From contig CAWEXO010000004.1 of the NCBI GenBank assembly GCA_963813025.1, positions 64,001-128,000 on the forward strand: a stretch of 64,000 nucleotides of DNA, in the 5' to 3' direction. Positions 52,434-63,300 of the stretch are shown piece by piece; positions within the stretch are counted from its first letter, which is position 1; every line of letters begins with the position of its first letter. The notes beneath the pieces were generated by a model. The model searched no databases, was not told the origin of the DNA, and was given only the letters and a program-made list of their open reading frames with translations. A program made the translations under genes and the position numbers. Source of the DNA: an uncultured Verrucomicrobiae bacterium (lineage in GTDB: Bacteria > Verrucomicrobiota > Verrucomicrobiia > Chthoniobacterales > JAFAMB01).

Positions 52434-52907
52434 ATGAGTAAACCTGTTGTCGAGGTGCAGGTTCGTGCGATTATCCCGACCTCCGGAAGTTGCGCGGTTT
52501 TTCTCGGCAATGAGGAAAAGGTTTTCGTCATCTACGTGGACCAGACCGTGGGCGCAGCCATCACGATGTTCATGCGCGGAATGCAGAAGGAGCGCCCGCT
52601 CACCCATGATCTGCTCGGTCATATCTTGCGGGCGCTGGGCGCCCAAGTGGATCGGATCATTGTCAACGATCTGAAGCGGGGTACCTACTACGCGCGATTG
52701 ATCCTGAGCGCGGAGAATGAGTTGCACCAGCGCAAGTTGGTCGAGATCGACGCTCGACCGAGCGATTGCATCGCTATGGCAACGCAGCAAAGCGCTCCGA
52801 TCTACGTCAGTCGTGAGGTTTGGGAGGAAGTCGAGGATATGGCCGAGGTACTACGCAAAATGGAGGAGGAAAGTTCCGAACCCGGCGAAGCTGGAGAAGA
52901 GGAATGA
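52434..52907 (+). CDS. Bifunctional nuclease (DUF151) family protein
   Basis: RPLTHDL, TYYARL, IDARPSDCIAMA and PIYV. Confidence 0.93.
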   Translation: MSKPVVEVQVRAIIPTSGSCAVFLGNEEKVFVIYVDQTVGAAITMFMRGMQKERPLTHDLLGHILRALGAQVDRIIVNDLKRGTYYARLILSAENELHQRKLVEIDARPSDCIAMATQQSAPIYVSREVWEEVEDMAEVLRKMEEESSEPGEAGEEE

Positions 52908-53015
52908 TGCCGTCCGATCCAAACTCGTTTCCGGAGAACGAAATTTGCCGTTTGTGGTCCAGAATTCCTGCCCCGGCCGTTGCATTTGGAACTGACCCAT
53001 CTAGCTTGCGGCAGC

Positions 53016-54930
53016 ATGTCTGCACTCTGGGATATTCCCTCCGCAGTTGCCCTGTATAACATAGATCGCTGGGGTTCGGGCTATTTTACTATTAATCGGT
53101 CGGGTAATGTTCAAGTGATGCCGACCCAGTCCGAACACCAGGCGATTGACCTGATCGATGTGGTCGCCAAAGCGAAGGAGAGCGGCTTGAATTTTCCTCT
53201 GGTGATTCGCTTTCAGGATCTTCTCCGCCACCGCGTAGAGACGATCAACCGAGCCTTTCAATCGGCGATCGCGGAAGCGGGCTACCAGAATGTCTACAAA
53301 GGTGTGTTCCCGATAAAAGTCAACCAGCTGCGCGAGGTGGTTGAGGAGATCATCGATGCCGGAAAGCCTTACAATTTTGGGCTCGAGGCCGGGAGCAAGC
53401 CGGAGCTAATCGCCGCGCTGGCGGTGCATCAAAACCCGGAAAGCCTCATCATCTGCAACGGCTACAAGGACACCATTTACATCCAAAACGCCTTGCTCGG
53501 ACGCAAGCTGGGCAAGCAGGTCATTATGGTGGTGGAGAAGCTCGAGGAGATCCGTCAGATCGTGCAGGTCTCCCGCGAGATGAATGTCCTCCCGATTCTT
53601 GGCTTGCGCGTTCGTTTGCAGGCGAAGGGTTCGGGCAAATGGGCAACGAGCGGGGGCGAGAATGCGAAGTTTGGCCTCTCGACCGCGGAACTCGTCGCAG
53701 CCAGTAATTATCTGAAATCCGAAGGATTGGCCGACAGTTTGCAACTCGTTCATTTCCACGTCGGTTCGCAAGTGCCGGATATCGGCGTGATCAAGCGGGC
53801 GGTCCGCGAAGCGGCGCGCTTTTATGCCAAACTATCCAAGATGGGGCATCCGATCCGCTACATCGATGTGGGCGGTGGTCTGGGTGTGGACTACGACGGC
53901 TCGCGTACCGCCTTCGACAGTTCGATGAACTACACTCTCCAGGAATACGCCCGCGACGTCGTTTATAACATCATGGACGTCTGTGATACCGAAGAAGTGC
54001 CTCACCCGATCATCGTCAGCGAAAGTGGTCGAGCCATCGTCGCGCACCATTCGGTCTTGATCGTCGAAGCGTTTGGTTCAATCGAAAAAGGAGCGGCCGA
54101 CTTGGCCCTGACCGTACACGAGTCCGATCCGAAAGTGCTCCATGACATGACCGAGATTCAACGGACACTCACCAAGCAAAACCGGATGGAAAATCTGCAC
54201 GACGCGCAGCAGGTCAAAGAACAGGCGCAATCGATGTTTGAGCTGGGTTTGCTCGAGCTGGAAAGCAAAGCCCGGATCGAGACAATTTATTGGCAGATCG
54301 CGCAGTCCGTCGTCGATCTCTGCCGCGGAATGCGTTACGTGCCGGACGAAATCAAGGATCTGGAGACTGCGCTCGGAGACCAGTACCTATGCAATTTCTC
54401 GGTTTTCCAATCGCTGCTCGATCACTGGGCGCTCGGCCAGCTCTTTCCGGTCATGCCCGTTCACCGCCTGGAACAACCTCCGGACCGCAACGGGACGCTC
54501 GTGGATATCACTTGCGATTCCGACGGCAAAGTCAGCAAGTTTATTGATCTGCAGGACGTGCAGTGACACTTTGCCGTTGCACCGGATGATGCCTGGCGAG
54601 CCCTATTACCTTGGGTTTTTCTTGATGGGCGCCTACCAGGATATCATGGGAGACCTGCACAACCTTTTTGGCCGGGTGAACGAGGCGCACGTCTTTCTGG
54701 ATGAAGACGAAGAATCCGGCTGGTACATCGAGGAGGTCATCGAGGGCAGCACGATCGGCAGCGTTCTCTCGATGACGCAATGGGACGAAAACCTTCTGAC
54801 GCGCCTATTGAAGGGCCAGATCGATGCGGCGATTAAATCCGATCGACTCAAACCCAGCGAAGCGATGCGCCTGCTCAGCGAGTACGAACGCGGCTTGAAG
54901 GGCTACACTTACCTGAATTTTCGCAAATAA
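53016..54930 (+). CDS. speA: Biosynthetic arginine decarboxylase; one extra base near 54561
   Basis: YNIDRWGSGYF, VFPIKVNQ, GLEAGSKPEL, HFHVGSQ, DITCDSDGK and GAYQDIMGDLHNLFG. Confidence 0.96.
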
Positions 54931-54949
54931 ATCGAGCTCCACCACTGCT

Positions 54950-57073
54950 TTAGCCCCCGAACAAGTTACGGAATGAGCGCAACAGGCGCCGGCCAAAATT
55001 ATCATCGCGGGGCGGTGGTTGCTGCTGGGCGCGGAACGGCTGCGGCTGTTCTCCGAGATGAACCGGACAGGATTTCTGCGGCACGAGAGATTGCGGCAAG
55101 GTGATCTCGTAGCTCGTTCCGGCTTCTTGACAGCCACTGGTCGCCAGATCATTCGAGATCGAGCAAAGCTGAACGTGCACGAGAGGTTCCGGCGCTGGGA
55201 ATTCGCCATCCGGATATTTCTGGCGCGACGCTTTCTCCATGATTCGTACCCAGATCGGCAGCGCAAGAGCGGCTCCGTATCCTCTTTGTTCGATCGTCTG
55301 TGGCTGATCAAAGCCGACCCAGACGCCGCAGGTTAATGAATTCGTAAAGCCGACAAACCACGCGTCTTTATAGTCATCGGTCGTTCCGGTTTTCCCGGCG
55401 GCATATCGGTCGAGGCCGAGAGACTTGGCGGAGCTGGCGGTACCCCGCTCGACTACCCCGCGAATGGTCTCAGCAATCATCCAGGCGATCGCCGGAGAGA
55501 GCACTTGAGTCTGCTGCGGGTGCGCCTGGTACACGACATTCCCCTCAGCATCATCGATGCGCTCGATCAAGTAAGGTTGTCGGCGGACGCCGTGAGCGGC
55601 CAGCGAGCTGTATGCTGCCGTGACGTCTTTCAGCGTCGACTCAAACGCGCCGAGATAGATCGCCGGAGTACTTGGAATATCGCGGGCCAAGCCGGCCGTC
55701 AGACCAAGGTTGCGAACGCGCTCCAGCGTAGCCAGTTCGCCCACGCGGATCGACATGAGATTGCGCGAGTAAATCAGGCCGTCGCGGGCGGGCCGCATTC
55801 CCCGATTTTGACTATCGGAGTTCTGCGGATTCCAATTCGGGGCGCTCTCTATTTCGCCTCGTTGAAGCGGTGCATCGCTCACCAGTGTTCCCGGCATCAT
55901 CCCTTGGGCGTAGGCCGCCGCGTAGACGAACGGTTTAAAGGTTGAGCCGATCGGGCGGTAGGCCTGGAGAGCACGGTTGAATTTGCTTTGCCGATAGTCG
56001 CGTCCACCCACCAGAGCCCGGATCGCGCCGGTCCGGCTGTCAATTGCGACCGAAGCACCCTCCAGATAGTTCGTGTCCGCTTTGTTCGCTTGATCCGATT
56101 CGGAGTAATCGGATTTGCGAGGATGTTTGTACCCTGGCTTCTGTTCAATTTCGGTCAACCAGTTGTTCACCGAGGCTTCGGACGCTTTTTGCAGAGCCGG
56201 GTCGATCGTCGTGTAAATGCGAAGACCACCTCCGTCGATCTGGTCCTGGCTGACGAGCCCCTGCAACTCGCGATACAAGGCGTCGATCGCATAGTTTTCT
56301 TGCGGCGTGTTCGGGCGCTGGCTGGCGATGCGGAGAAGGGATCGATCAGCTGCCTCCGCCTGTGACTGAGTGATCATTTTCAGCTCTTCCATCCGCTGCA
56401 GAACCTCATTGCGCTGAGCGATTGCACCATTCGGATTGTTGAAAGGCGAATACCGGTTAGGACTCCGGATCAGGCCCGCCAGCAGTGCGGCTTCTGGCAG
56501 GGTGAGCTTGGACGCGGGCTTCCCGAAGTACGCTTCGCTGGCGGTTTCCAGCCCGTAGTAGCCCGACCCGAAATAGATTCGGTTGATGTAATTCTCCAGA
56601 ATCTGATCCTTGGTGAAGTTCGCCTCGATTCGCAGGGCGACGAACGCTTCAAGCAGTTTGCGGCCCAGGTCCCGTCCGCCGAGAGAAAAACTGTTCCGGG
56701 CCAATTGTTGGGTGATTGTGCTCCCGCCCTGGCGCACTCCGTGATGTAAAAGATCGCTGATCAGCGCGCGGAATGTACCGACAAGATCGATTCCATGATG
56801 GTGATAGAAACGCGCATCCTCGCGCGCCAGCAATGCCTCCTTGAAATAAGGAGAAACGTTCTTCAGGTCGGTCAATATCCGATTTTCACCGTACAGTCTT
56901 GTATAGAGCTTGCCGTCCATGTCGTAGAGCCAGGACCGTTCCGGGATATGGCCAACCTCATGCAGATCGAAACGCAAAGACAAAACGAAGAAATAGCCGG
57001 CAAAGGCCATCGCCAGGAGCACTGCGCAGGAGCCAAACAAAACAAAGAACCGAAAAACAGCGTGTTTCTTCAC
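54950..57073 (-). CDS. Class A penicillin-binding protein (PBP1A family)
   Basis: EDARFY.HHG and GGSTITQQ (transglycosylase); STFK, SRN and KTGT (transpeptidase). Confidence 0.95.
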   Translation of the reverse strand: MKKHAVFRFFVLFGSCAVLLAMAFAGYFFVLSLRFDLHEVGHIPERSWLYDMDGKLYTRLYGENRILTDLKNVSPYFKEALLAREDARFYHHHGIDLVGTFRALISDLLHHGVRQGGSTITQQLARNSFSLGGRDLGRKLLEAFVALRIEANFTKDQILENYINRIYFGSGYYGLETASEAYFGKPASKLTLPEAALLAGLIRSPNRYSPFNNPNGAIAQRNEVLQRMEELKMITQSQAEAADRSLLRIASQRPNTPQENYAIDALYRELQGLVSQDQIDGGGLRIYTTIDPALQKASEASVNNWLTEIEQKPGYKHPRKSDYSESDQANKADTNYLEGASVAIDSRTGAIRALVGGRDYRQSKFNRALQAYRPIGSTFKPFVYAAAYAQGMMPGTLVSDAPLQRGEIESAPNWNPQNSDSQNRGMRPARDGLIYSRNLMSIRVGELATLERVRNLGLTAGLARDIPSTPAIYLGAFESTLKDVTAAYSSLAAHGVRRQPYLIERIDDAEGNVVYQAHPQQTQVLSPAIAWMIAETIRGVVERGTASSAKSLGLDRYAAGKTGTTDDYKDAWFVGFTNSLTCGVWVGFDQPQTIEQRGYGAALALPIWVRIMEKASRQKYPDGEFPAPEPLVHVQLCSISNDLATSGCQEAGTSYEITLPQSLVPQKSCPVHLGEQPQPFRAQQQPPPRDDNFGRRLLRSFRNLFGG

Positions 57074-57837
57074 TGGTCTTTCTCAGGCCTGGGTTCCTTG
57101 CCCGCGCCGCACTCGATTGATGGTCCATCGCCGGAACTCGCTTCGGTCTCACGGTCAGCCGAGTTCGAGAGCAGATCCGGTCGCCGGCAGCTGGTCCGGA
57201 GGAGAGCTTGCTCTCTCCGCCATACCTCAATCTGCTTATGATTTCCCGAAAGCAGCACCTCCGGCACCCTCCAGCCGCGAAATACGGGAGGCCGGGTGTA
57301 TTGCGGAAACTCCAAGCGATTGTTGCTGAAGGAATCGTTCACAGCCGATTCCTCCGCGCCGAGCACCCCTGGTATAAGCCGGGCGACCGCATCGACGACT
57401 ACCGCCGCGGCGATTGCGCCGTTGGTCAGAATGTAATCGCCGATCGAGATCTCTTGATCTACCAGGTAGTCAGCTACCCTTTGATCAACACCTTCGTAAT
57501 GGCCACTAATCAGGATGAGGTGCTGCTTCTGCGCCAGCTCGGTCGCGATCGCCTGGTCAAAGCGACGGCCGGCTGGTCCCAATAGAATGACTTGCGCCTC
57601 AACGGTGCGGAGCGCTTCAATCGCGGCAAAGATGGGTTCCGGCTTCAATACCATGCCCGGACCTCCTCCATAGGGCGGCTCATCAGTGACGTGATGTTTG
57701 TCGGTTGCCCAATCGCGAATATTCAAGCATCTGACCTCAATCAAACCGTTCTGTTGCGCCCGGCCCAAGATGCTGGCACGGAATACACCTTCAATCAGCG
57801 CCGGAAACAGGGTCAAGATATCGAACCGAGTCGTCAC
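57070..57837 (-). CDS. trmD: tRNA (guanine37-N1)-methyltransferase
   Basis: [32 protein letters not shown] and PQYTRP. Confidence 0.97.
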   Translation of the reverse strand: MTTRFDILTLFPALIEGVFRASILGRAQQNGLIEVRCLNIRDWATDKHHVTDEPPYGGGPGMVLKPEPIFAAIEALRTVEAQVILLGPAGRRFDQAIATELAQKQHLILISGHYEGVDQRVADYLVDQEISIGDYILTNGAIAAAVVVDAVARLIPGVLGAEESAVNDSFSNNRLEFPQYTRPPVFRGWRVPEVLLSGNHKQIEVWRREQALLRTSCRRPDLLSNSADRETEASSGDGPSIECGAGKEPRPEKDQ

Positions 57838-57899
57838 AGAACATTTTAGCCTGACCGATCCGGGAAGATCCTCAACTGAAATCACGACGTCGTTTTCCG

Positions 57900-57992
57900 G
57901 AGTAGCGAGTCCCGGGTCCCTAGTCCCTAATCCCGAGTTGTAAGACGCCGAGTCCCTACTCGGGACTCGCTACCCGGGACTCGGGACTCGTA
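57900..57992. repeat. Inverted heptamer arrays (GAGTCCC/GGGACTC)
   Basis: gtagcgagtcccgg...cgggactcgctac...gggactcgggactcg. Confidence 0.7.
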
Positions 57993-58006
57993 GATCCAAA
58001 AGAGAT

Positions 58007-58051
<45 letters not shown>

Positions 58052-58135
58052 AGTAAAATGCCTAGGGGGTCATTGCTCTTCCCGGGAGCCAAGCGGAGTA
58101 TTCAGGAGGACAAGGAGCCATAATGGTGAAAATAC

Positions 58136-58179
58136 TGCGACTATTTGCGACCTTGACGTTTCGCGACTATCTGCGACTA
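58136..58179 (+). promoter_or_regulatory. Four (T/C)GCGAC(TA) direct repeats, candidate integrase arm-type sites
   Basis: tgcgacta 58136, tgcgacct 58146, cgcgacta 58162 and tgcgacta 58172, in two pairs spaced 10 bp. Confidence 0.6.
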
Positions 58180-58186
58180 TTGCCTT

Positions 58187-59315
58187 ATGCCAAGAACCGC
58201 TAGCCTAAAGCCAAAGCACCGAGACGGGCGCGTAAGCGCTTGGTGCGTGTCCGTTCCTCCCGCGATGTCGCCGACTGGCAAACGCCAAGAACTGTTCTTT
58301 GCCACGAAGGGCGAAGCGCAGGCCGAATGCGAAAAGCTGAAAGCACGGAAGGACAACTTTGGTATCAGCCTTCGCGCCATGAGCCCTGCAAGGATAGCGG
58401 AAGCATCCGAAGCATTCAGGCTACTTGAGCCGTTCGACATGAGCCTTCTGGATTGCGTGCGATCGCACGTCGCTACTCTCGTCCAACGAAAGAACAGCGT
58501 AAGTTTTGGAGAAGCTTTCCGGCGCTGGGCCGATCTCAAGAAAAGCAAGTCTAAGAAATACATCTCTGAGATACGACAGGTCCGGGCCAAGTTTAACGCC
58601 ATTCAGGATGTTCCCATCTGCGACATCAAAGCCGATCACTTGGAGCCGATCCTTTCTAATCTTCCGCCAGCGTCGCGCAACGCCCACATGCGTCGGCTGC
58701 GGACTATGTTTAATCACGCAATGAAAAAGGATTGGATCCCGTTCGGTTCAAGCCCGATTGCGAGAATGGATTTCGCAGAAAGCAAAAAGCATGAGGTTGA
58801 GACGTTTCGCCAGAACATGTTGAAAAGATGCTGAGATACGCGCTGGAGCATGATTCCGACCTTTGCCATTGCTTGTCCTTGGGTTTTTCTGCGGCATCCG
58901 TCCCGAGGGCGAGCTATCCAAACTGGCATGGAGCGACCTAAGGTTCGACAAAGACAAGGCGCAGGTCGTGATACGTCCAGAAGTGTCTAAGACCCACCGT
59001 CGCCGGTTTATCGACGTTTCCGCGAACGCCATCGAATGGTTGAGACTAGCCGGGATCAAAAAGGATGGTCTGGTTCTTCCGCTCGCCGACATTACATTGA
59101 GACGCAAGCGGCGGGACATGTGCAAGAACCTAGGGATACGCTGGATCCAGCAGGGTATGCGCCACAGCTTTTGCAGCTACTGGCTAGCCATCCATGAGGA
59201 CGCCGACAAGCTTGTCCTCCAGTCAGGGCATACCGATGCCCAAACCATGTGGGAACATTATCACGCTGGTGTCACCAGAGAGTCCGCACAGCGCTTTTGG
59301 TCGATCGTTCCTTAA
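58187..59315 (+). CDS. Tyrosine recombinase/integrase; two missing T's in T-runs (~58807, ~58864)
   Basis: GFFCGIRPEGE (R), SKT (K), MRHSFCSY, SGH and HY; adding two T's gives the continuous reading ETFSPEHVEKMLRYALEHDSDLLPLLVLG. Confidence 0.92.
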
Positions 59316-59476
59316 GCTTCCGCAACCCGTTGTGGGCTAGCAATCGATCCGACACAATATCTTGCGATTCCGTTTGCGGGTTTGTCAACCCGTGATATTG
59401 TTGGCGGCCAGAGGGGTTTAAGGGGGGTTAAGGTACCAAAAAAGGGAACGACGAGGTTGACACGCCAGACAACGGC

Positions 59477-59659
59477 ATGACACCAAAATTCGTTCGACCA
59501 CCTGAACTAGCAAAATTCTTGTCCGTTCATCCACGCACTATTCGTGCGTGGCAATCCTCGAAAATTATTCCGTTCACAAAGATAGGCAGAACCGTGTTGT
59601 TTGACGTAGCCGAGGTCCTCGCCTGCTTATCAAAATTCAAGCGCGATATTGCCCGATGA
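59477..59659 (+). CDS. Small HTH (excisionase/AlpA-like) DNA-binding protein
   Basis: PELAKFLSVHPRTIRAWQSSKIIPFTKIGRTVLFD. Confidence 0.85.
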   Translation: MTPKFVRPPELAKFLSVHPRTIRAWQSSKIIPFTKIGRTVLFDVAEVLACLSKFKRDIAR

Positions 59660-60119
59660 TTCGTGGCCCGATGATGAATGGGAAAGCCGTTTACTGGGCC
59701 GGCGGCACTGGCGCAGCACCGGCCCAGCGGCAAATCAAATCTGATGACCTTGGCGCACTCGCCTTCTCGGGCGCGTGTTCGAAATCCCGGACCTCATTGA
59801 CAAGCTTCTGGCCGGGCACTCGCACTAATGCGCGTGTGAGCGACTTGAATAGCTCGCGCAGGTGTCACTTCTTGCGCCCGGACTTCTTACGCAAAAGAGG
59901 TATAAAATGGTACAGGTAATGGCCTAAAAATACCTGAAAATATTTCATTCTGTCTGATTTCAAAGTATAGCGCTATTTGTATGTCCTAATAGGACTTATA
60001 TTATCTCATTCGCCCGTTTTTGGGACACAGATCAGCCTTTTTGGTCGCCTTAAGAGGCTGCGACACGCCTTAAGGCCGTAAATTCAGGCCAGTAATTATA
60101 CCTAACCAAAAGAATATTT

Positions 60120-60353
60120 ATGCATCCCCAAGAATACGTTACCGCACAAGATGTAGCACGAGCCAGTGGATTGGCCCTCGACGTCGTCTATTACCACATT
60201 CGGGTTAAAAACCTTCCCGCCACAAAGTTCGGGGACCAATACGCCATCAAGTCAGCGGACCTAAAAGAATTCGTCCGTCGCAAGGCGTTGCATGCCTACC
60301 TCCGTAGGCCCGGCAGACCCCGGAAGCTTCAGCCAGTTGAAGCGCTCACATAA
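60120..60353 (+). CDS. Xis-like HTH protein with a C-terminal AT-hook
   Basis: TAQDVARASGLALDVVYYHIRVKNLPATKFGDQYAI...RRPGRPRK. Confidence 0.8.
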   Translation: MHPQEYVTAQDVARASGLALDVVYYHIRVKNLPATKFGDQYAIKSADLKEFVRRKALHAYLRRPGRPRKLQPVEALT

Positions 60354-60386
60354 AAAGGAAAGGGGGCCAGTTACCAGCCGGCCCCC
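60352..60386 (-). terminator. Intrinsic terminator on the antisense strand
   Basis: Minus strand reads GGGGGCCGG-ctggtaa-CTGGCCCCC followed by TTTCCTTTTT. Confidence 0.65.
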
Positions 60387-60430
60387 AACAACCTAACGCG
60401 GACACATCAACCCCTTCTTAAAGAATTGAA

Positions 60431-61459
60431 ATGTCAATAACGCCTACATCGATAAATACCGATGTCAACCTGCGTCCCTGGACTCGCCGGAAGATCGACG
60501 AATGCCCAACTGCTGGAAGTGGACTGAATCGCGGGCTTAGCACCGTAGCGGTTAGCCTCCGGCACGAAACGGACGAAGACCCCGGTATTGAACTGCTTTT
60601 CAATCTGGCAGTCGAACGCGGACGTAGTGAGCGCAAGGCCAGGATCGAAGCTGAACGATTGCGGCGGAAATGGCGCGATCTGTCAGATGCGCCTGCACCC
60701 GCAATCGGAACCTGCCGGGAGCGACCCAAACCCAAGGCCGCGGCGCCCGACAAGGACCTGATCAGCCGGGCCGTAAGCGGCAGCACGTTAACCGTGGCGC
60801 AGCTAACCGAGATGTCACCCATCAAGGTCGATCCAGCGGACGATAGCGCAGCGGAAAACATTGTAGACCTACTTTTTCCCGATCGCGACATTATCTGCGC
60901 ATCCGTTAAGCACTGGGACGCCCATTGTGAACCCCATGGCGAGGCGGGGCTATCAGGGCTCAACCGTGCACAATTCCTTTGCCCGAACCCGATGCGGGAG
61001 GCTGGCCATTACAAGCAAGGCAAACCATCCCCGAGGCGCAACCTCAACGTCTTATACCGGCGCTGGTTAGTCATCGAATTCGACATAGCCAGATATGGGC
61101 GCGATGGCGTGACGCCGACCTTCTGGAAGCCGACGCTAGACCAGTGGGAGCAACAGGGCATCGGTGCGCAGGACGCACAGGCCCGACTCATCCAGCGCAT
61201 TGCTGGATACGAGTTTAATCTCGCTATGGTAGTTTTCAGTGGCGGCAAGTCACTGCATTCATGGTGGCCAGTGGCGGGCAAGCCGGAGGGCGAAGTTACC
61301 ACGTTCATCGACCGGGCCGTCAAGCTGGGCGCTGATCCAGCGGCCAAAATCCCTAGCCAGTTTTTTCGGATGCCGCACGGCAAGCGCCAGAACGGGGAAC
61401 GCCAGCGGGTGGTCTACCTGGACCTGGAAATTTTAACATCTAACACGCGAAAGAAGTAA
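60431..61459 (+). CDS. AEP-superfamily (RepB-like) primase/replication protein
   Basis: WLVIEFD (motif I-like), VVFSGGKSLHSWW (SGxxxxH motif II) and GADP...FRMP; lies upstream of a helicase remnant. Confidence 0.65.
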   Translation: MSITPTSINTDVNLRPWTRRKIDECPTAGSGLNRGLSTVAVSLRHETDEDPGIELLFNLAVERGRSERKARIEAERLRRKWRDLSDAPAPAIGTCRERPKPKAAAPDKDLISRAVSGSTLTVAQLTEMSPIKVDPADDSAAENIVDLLFPDRDIICASVKHWDAHCEPHGEAGLSGLNRAQFLCPNPMREAGHYKQGKPSPRRNLNVLYRRWLVIEFDIARYGRDGVTPTFWKPTLDQWEQQGIGAQDAQARLIQRIAGYEFNLAMVVFSGGKSLHSWWPVAGKPEGEVTTFIDRAVKLGADPAAKIPSQFFRMPHGKRQNGERQRVVYLDLEILTSNTRKK

Positions 61460-61466
61460 CACACCA

Positions 61467-62090
61467 ATGGACATTATACCAAGGGCAGAAGAACGCCCGG
61501 CAGAAGACGGAAACCTAAATGCAATAACACTAGCCGGAAAATCACTCATGGACTTTTGCGACATGGAAATTAACCCGGCTCACAACCTGCTGGGCAACCG
61601 CTGGCTGGAACGGACGAATGTGGCATTTATCGTTGCGCCATCCGGACAGGGCAAGAGCACGCTGTCAATTAATGCGGCGATGGAGTGGTCCTGCGGGCGC
61701 ACATCATTCGATATTCGGCCAGTTCGGGCGTTGCGAATTTTAGTAGTTCAGGCCGAAGACAACATGAATGACTGTATGTGAGAAAATGACACCTTAACGT
61801 GAGATTCTCATTTTCACACACACACCCCTGTTTAACGACAAACTGGGCGCGTGCCATGCTCGTTCTCAGGCCGCGGCGGAAATGGCGAATGCCCAGCAAA
61901 GCCCCCGCACAAATCAATGGTCGGGATCAAATGATCTGGACAAAACCACCCAACCCGTTTTAACCGACTTTTAAGGAAATGTAAGGGAAAACAGGTCGAT
62001 CTGAATGATGAGAGGAAATATCAATTAACGCCGAAAGGCCTTAAGGAATTGGCTATTCCGCAAAGGGGGTATGGCTATTGTCAAAAATGT
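61467..62090 (+). pseudogene. RepA-like (AAA_25) helicase, truncated and internally deleted
   Basis: Walker A APSGQGKS and LVVQAED, stop at 61781, then out-of-frame scraps TNWARAMLVLRP and KYQLTPKG. Confidence 0.7.
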
Positions 62091-62397
62091 CAAAAACTAG
62101 GTTTTTTGGCTTTAGTTTCAGGATTCAGTTCCTTAGAAAAAAGTGAAACTAAACTAATACCAATACGACAAGACCCACGGTGACAGCAGGGGGTGTAACA
62201 AGTTACACACCCCCACCTTGCGGGGGCTGAAGCTGCTGCACCTCGGTCTCAGGCTCTCAGAATTGAAAGTAAATCCAGATTTCGCAAATTACGAAGTTTA
62301 AAGGAAATAGATTCCATTTTTGGAGCCCCCCTCGTGCGGTTGATCCTTAAGGTGCGGTTGACAGTTGTGGCCTAAGTATTTATTGGTACAATCGCTT

Positions 62398-62592
62398 ATG
62401 AAGATTAAAACCAAGTCGGAGCCGGATCTGTTTCTACAGGGTCAATTTGCGGGCCTTCAGACTGCTCGCTCAATTTTCGAACCTACGCTGATTGCACTCA
62501 GGGAAGAAAACCGGACTCTGCGGCTGGTAAATCAAGAGGCTGCGCGAATCGCTTTGGGCCACTCCCGCATGCTGCAGTCGGTCTTGCGGTGA
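62398..62592 (+). CDS. Small helical orphan protein A (64 aa)
   Basis: ATG 62398; similar to the ORF at 62990. Confidence 0.6.
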   Translation: MKIKTKSEPDLFLQGQFAGLQTARSIFEPTLIALREENRTLRLVNQEAARIALGHSRMLQSVLR

Positions 62593-62706
62593 AGGGGATT
62601 TCCTCCTGTCCCGATCTCGGCCAGGGGGTGGGAATATCCGAGTGCGGTACCTATCAGAATCGCAACGGGCCTAATGGCCAGCCGGCAGAATTGCAACCAT
62701 TAGCCA

Positions 62707-62967
62707 ATGCCGTTTCCCGCTTCACCGTTTAGCGTACGGCGCGCTTTGATGGTCTGGACCATACAATCTACCAGCCTGCCCCTCAGGATAGCCCAGAAAC
62801 GGTTTCCTAGAGGGTTTTCTTGGAACGATCTGCCCGAAGTGCAATGCTTGGGTCCGGGGCATTTTATCGGACCATACGAAAAAATTCGGGCGCTTGAGAA
62901 AAGCTGGCGCGATGGACCGCTCCCATGGGAAGGCTGGAATCACCCGGTTGCCAAGGGCTGGCGCTAG
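62707..62967 (+). CDS. Hypothetical Trp/Pro-rich protein
   Basis: ORF track only; lies between the two paralogues. Confidence 0.35.
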   Translation: MPFPASPFSVRRALMVWTIQSTSLPLRIAQKRFPRGFSWNDLPEVQCLGPGHFIGPYEKIRALEKSWRDGPLPWEGWNHPVAKGWR

Positions 62968-62989
62968 CGTTGACATCCGCCGCATCAGC

Positions 62990-63139
62990 ATGAGCGACGC
63001 CAAGCCAAAGCAGTTAAAAGCTAAATCCCAAAGCGAGGATCCGCAGTTTTTTGCGGGCATCAGGATCGCTCGCGACATCTATATGTCTAAACTCCTCCGG
63101 CTCCAGGAGGAGGTGCGGAACCTAACTCCACGCGTTTGA
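62990..63139 (+). CDS. Small helical orphan protein B (49 aa), paralogue of A
   Basis: Shares FAG(L/I)xxARxI(F/Y)xxxL(I/L)xLxEExRxL with protein A. Confidence 0.6.
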   Translation: MSDAKPKQLKAKSQSEDPQFFAGIRIARDIYMSKLLRLQEEVRNLTPRV

Positions 63140-63300
63140 CTCGCAGTGGCTACTCACAACCAGGAAAAACGAATATTCTTTTTCCTTGCGTCGCGGCCAG
63201 GAAGCTTGCATAATTTGAAGGCGATCGCAAGAAGCAAACTCTATAAATTATCACCTTGTCGGTATCTGCTTTCGCCACGCTAACGCAAAGGGAGGTTCAG

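Noticed and set aside
54555..54570. Programmed frameshift or selenocysteine read-through at the speA TGA (likewise in argZ, akr, int and EVE)
   Set aside because: The downstream part is in a different frame, single-base corrections restore normal proteins, and similar indels hit essential genes, so sequencing error is the simpler explanation.
59656..59919. 87-aa ORF after the first HTH gene
   Set aside because: No recognisable features on either strand; cannot be supported without homologues.
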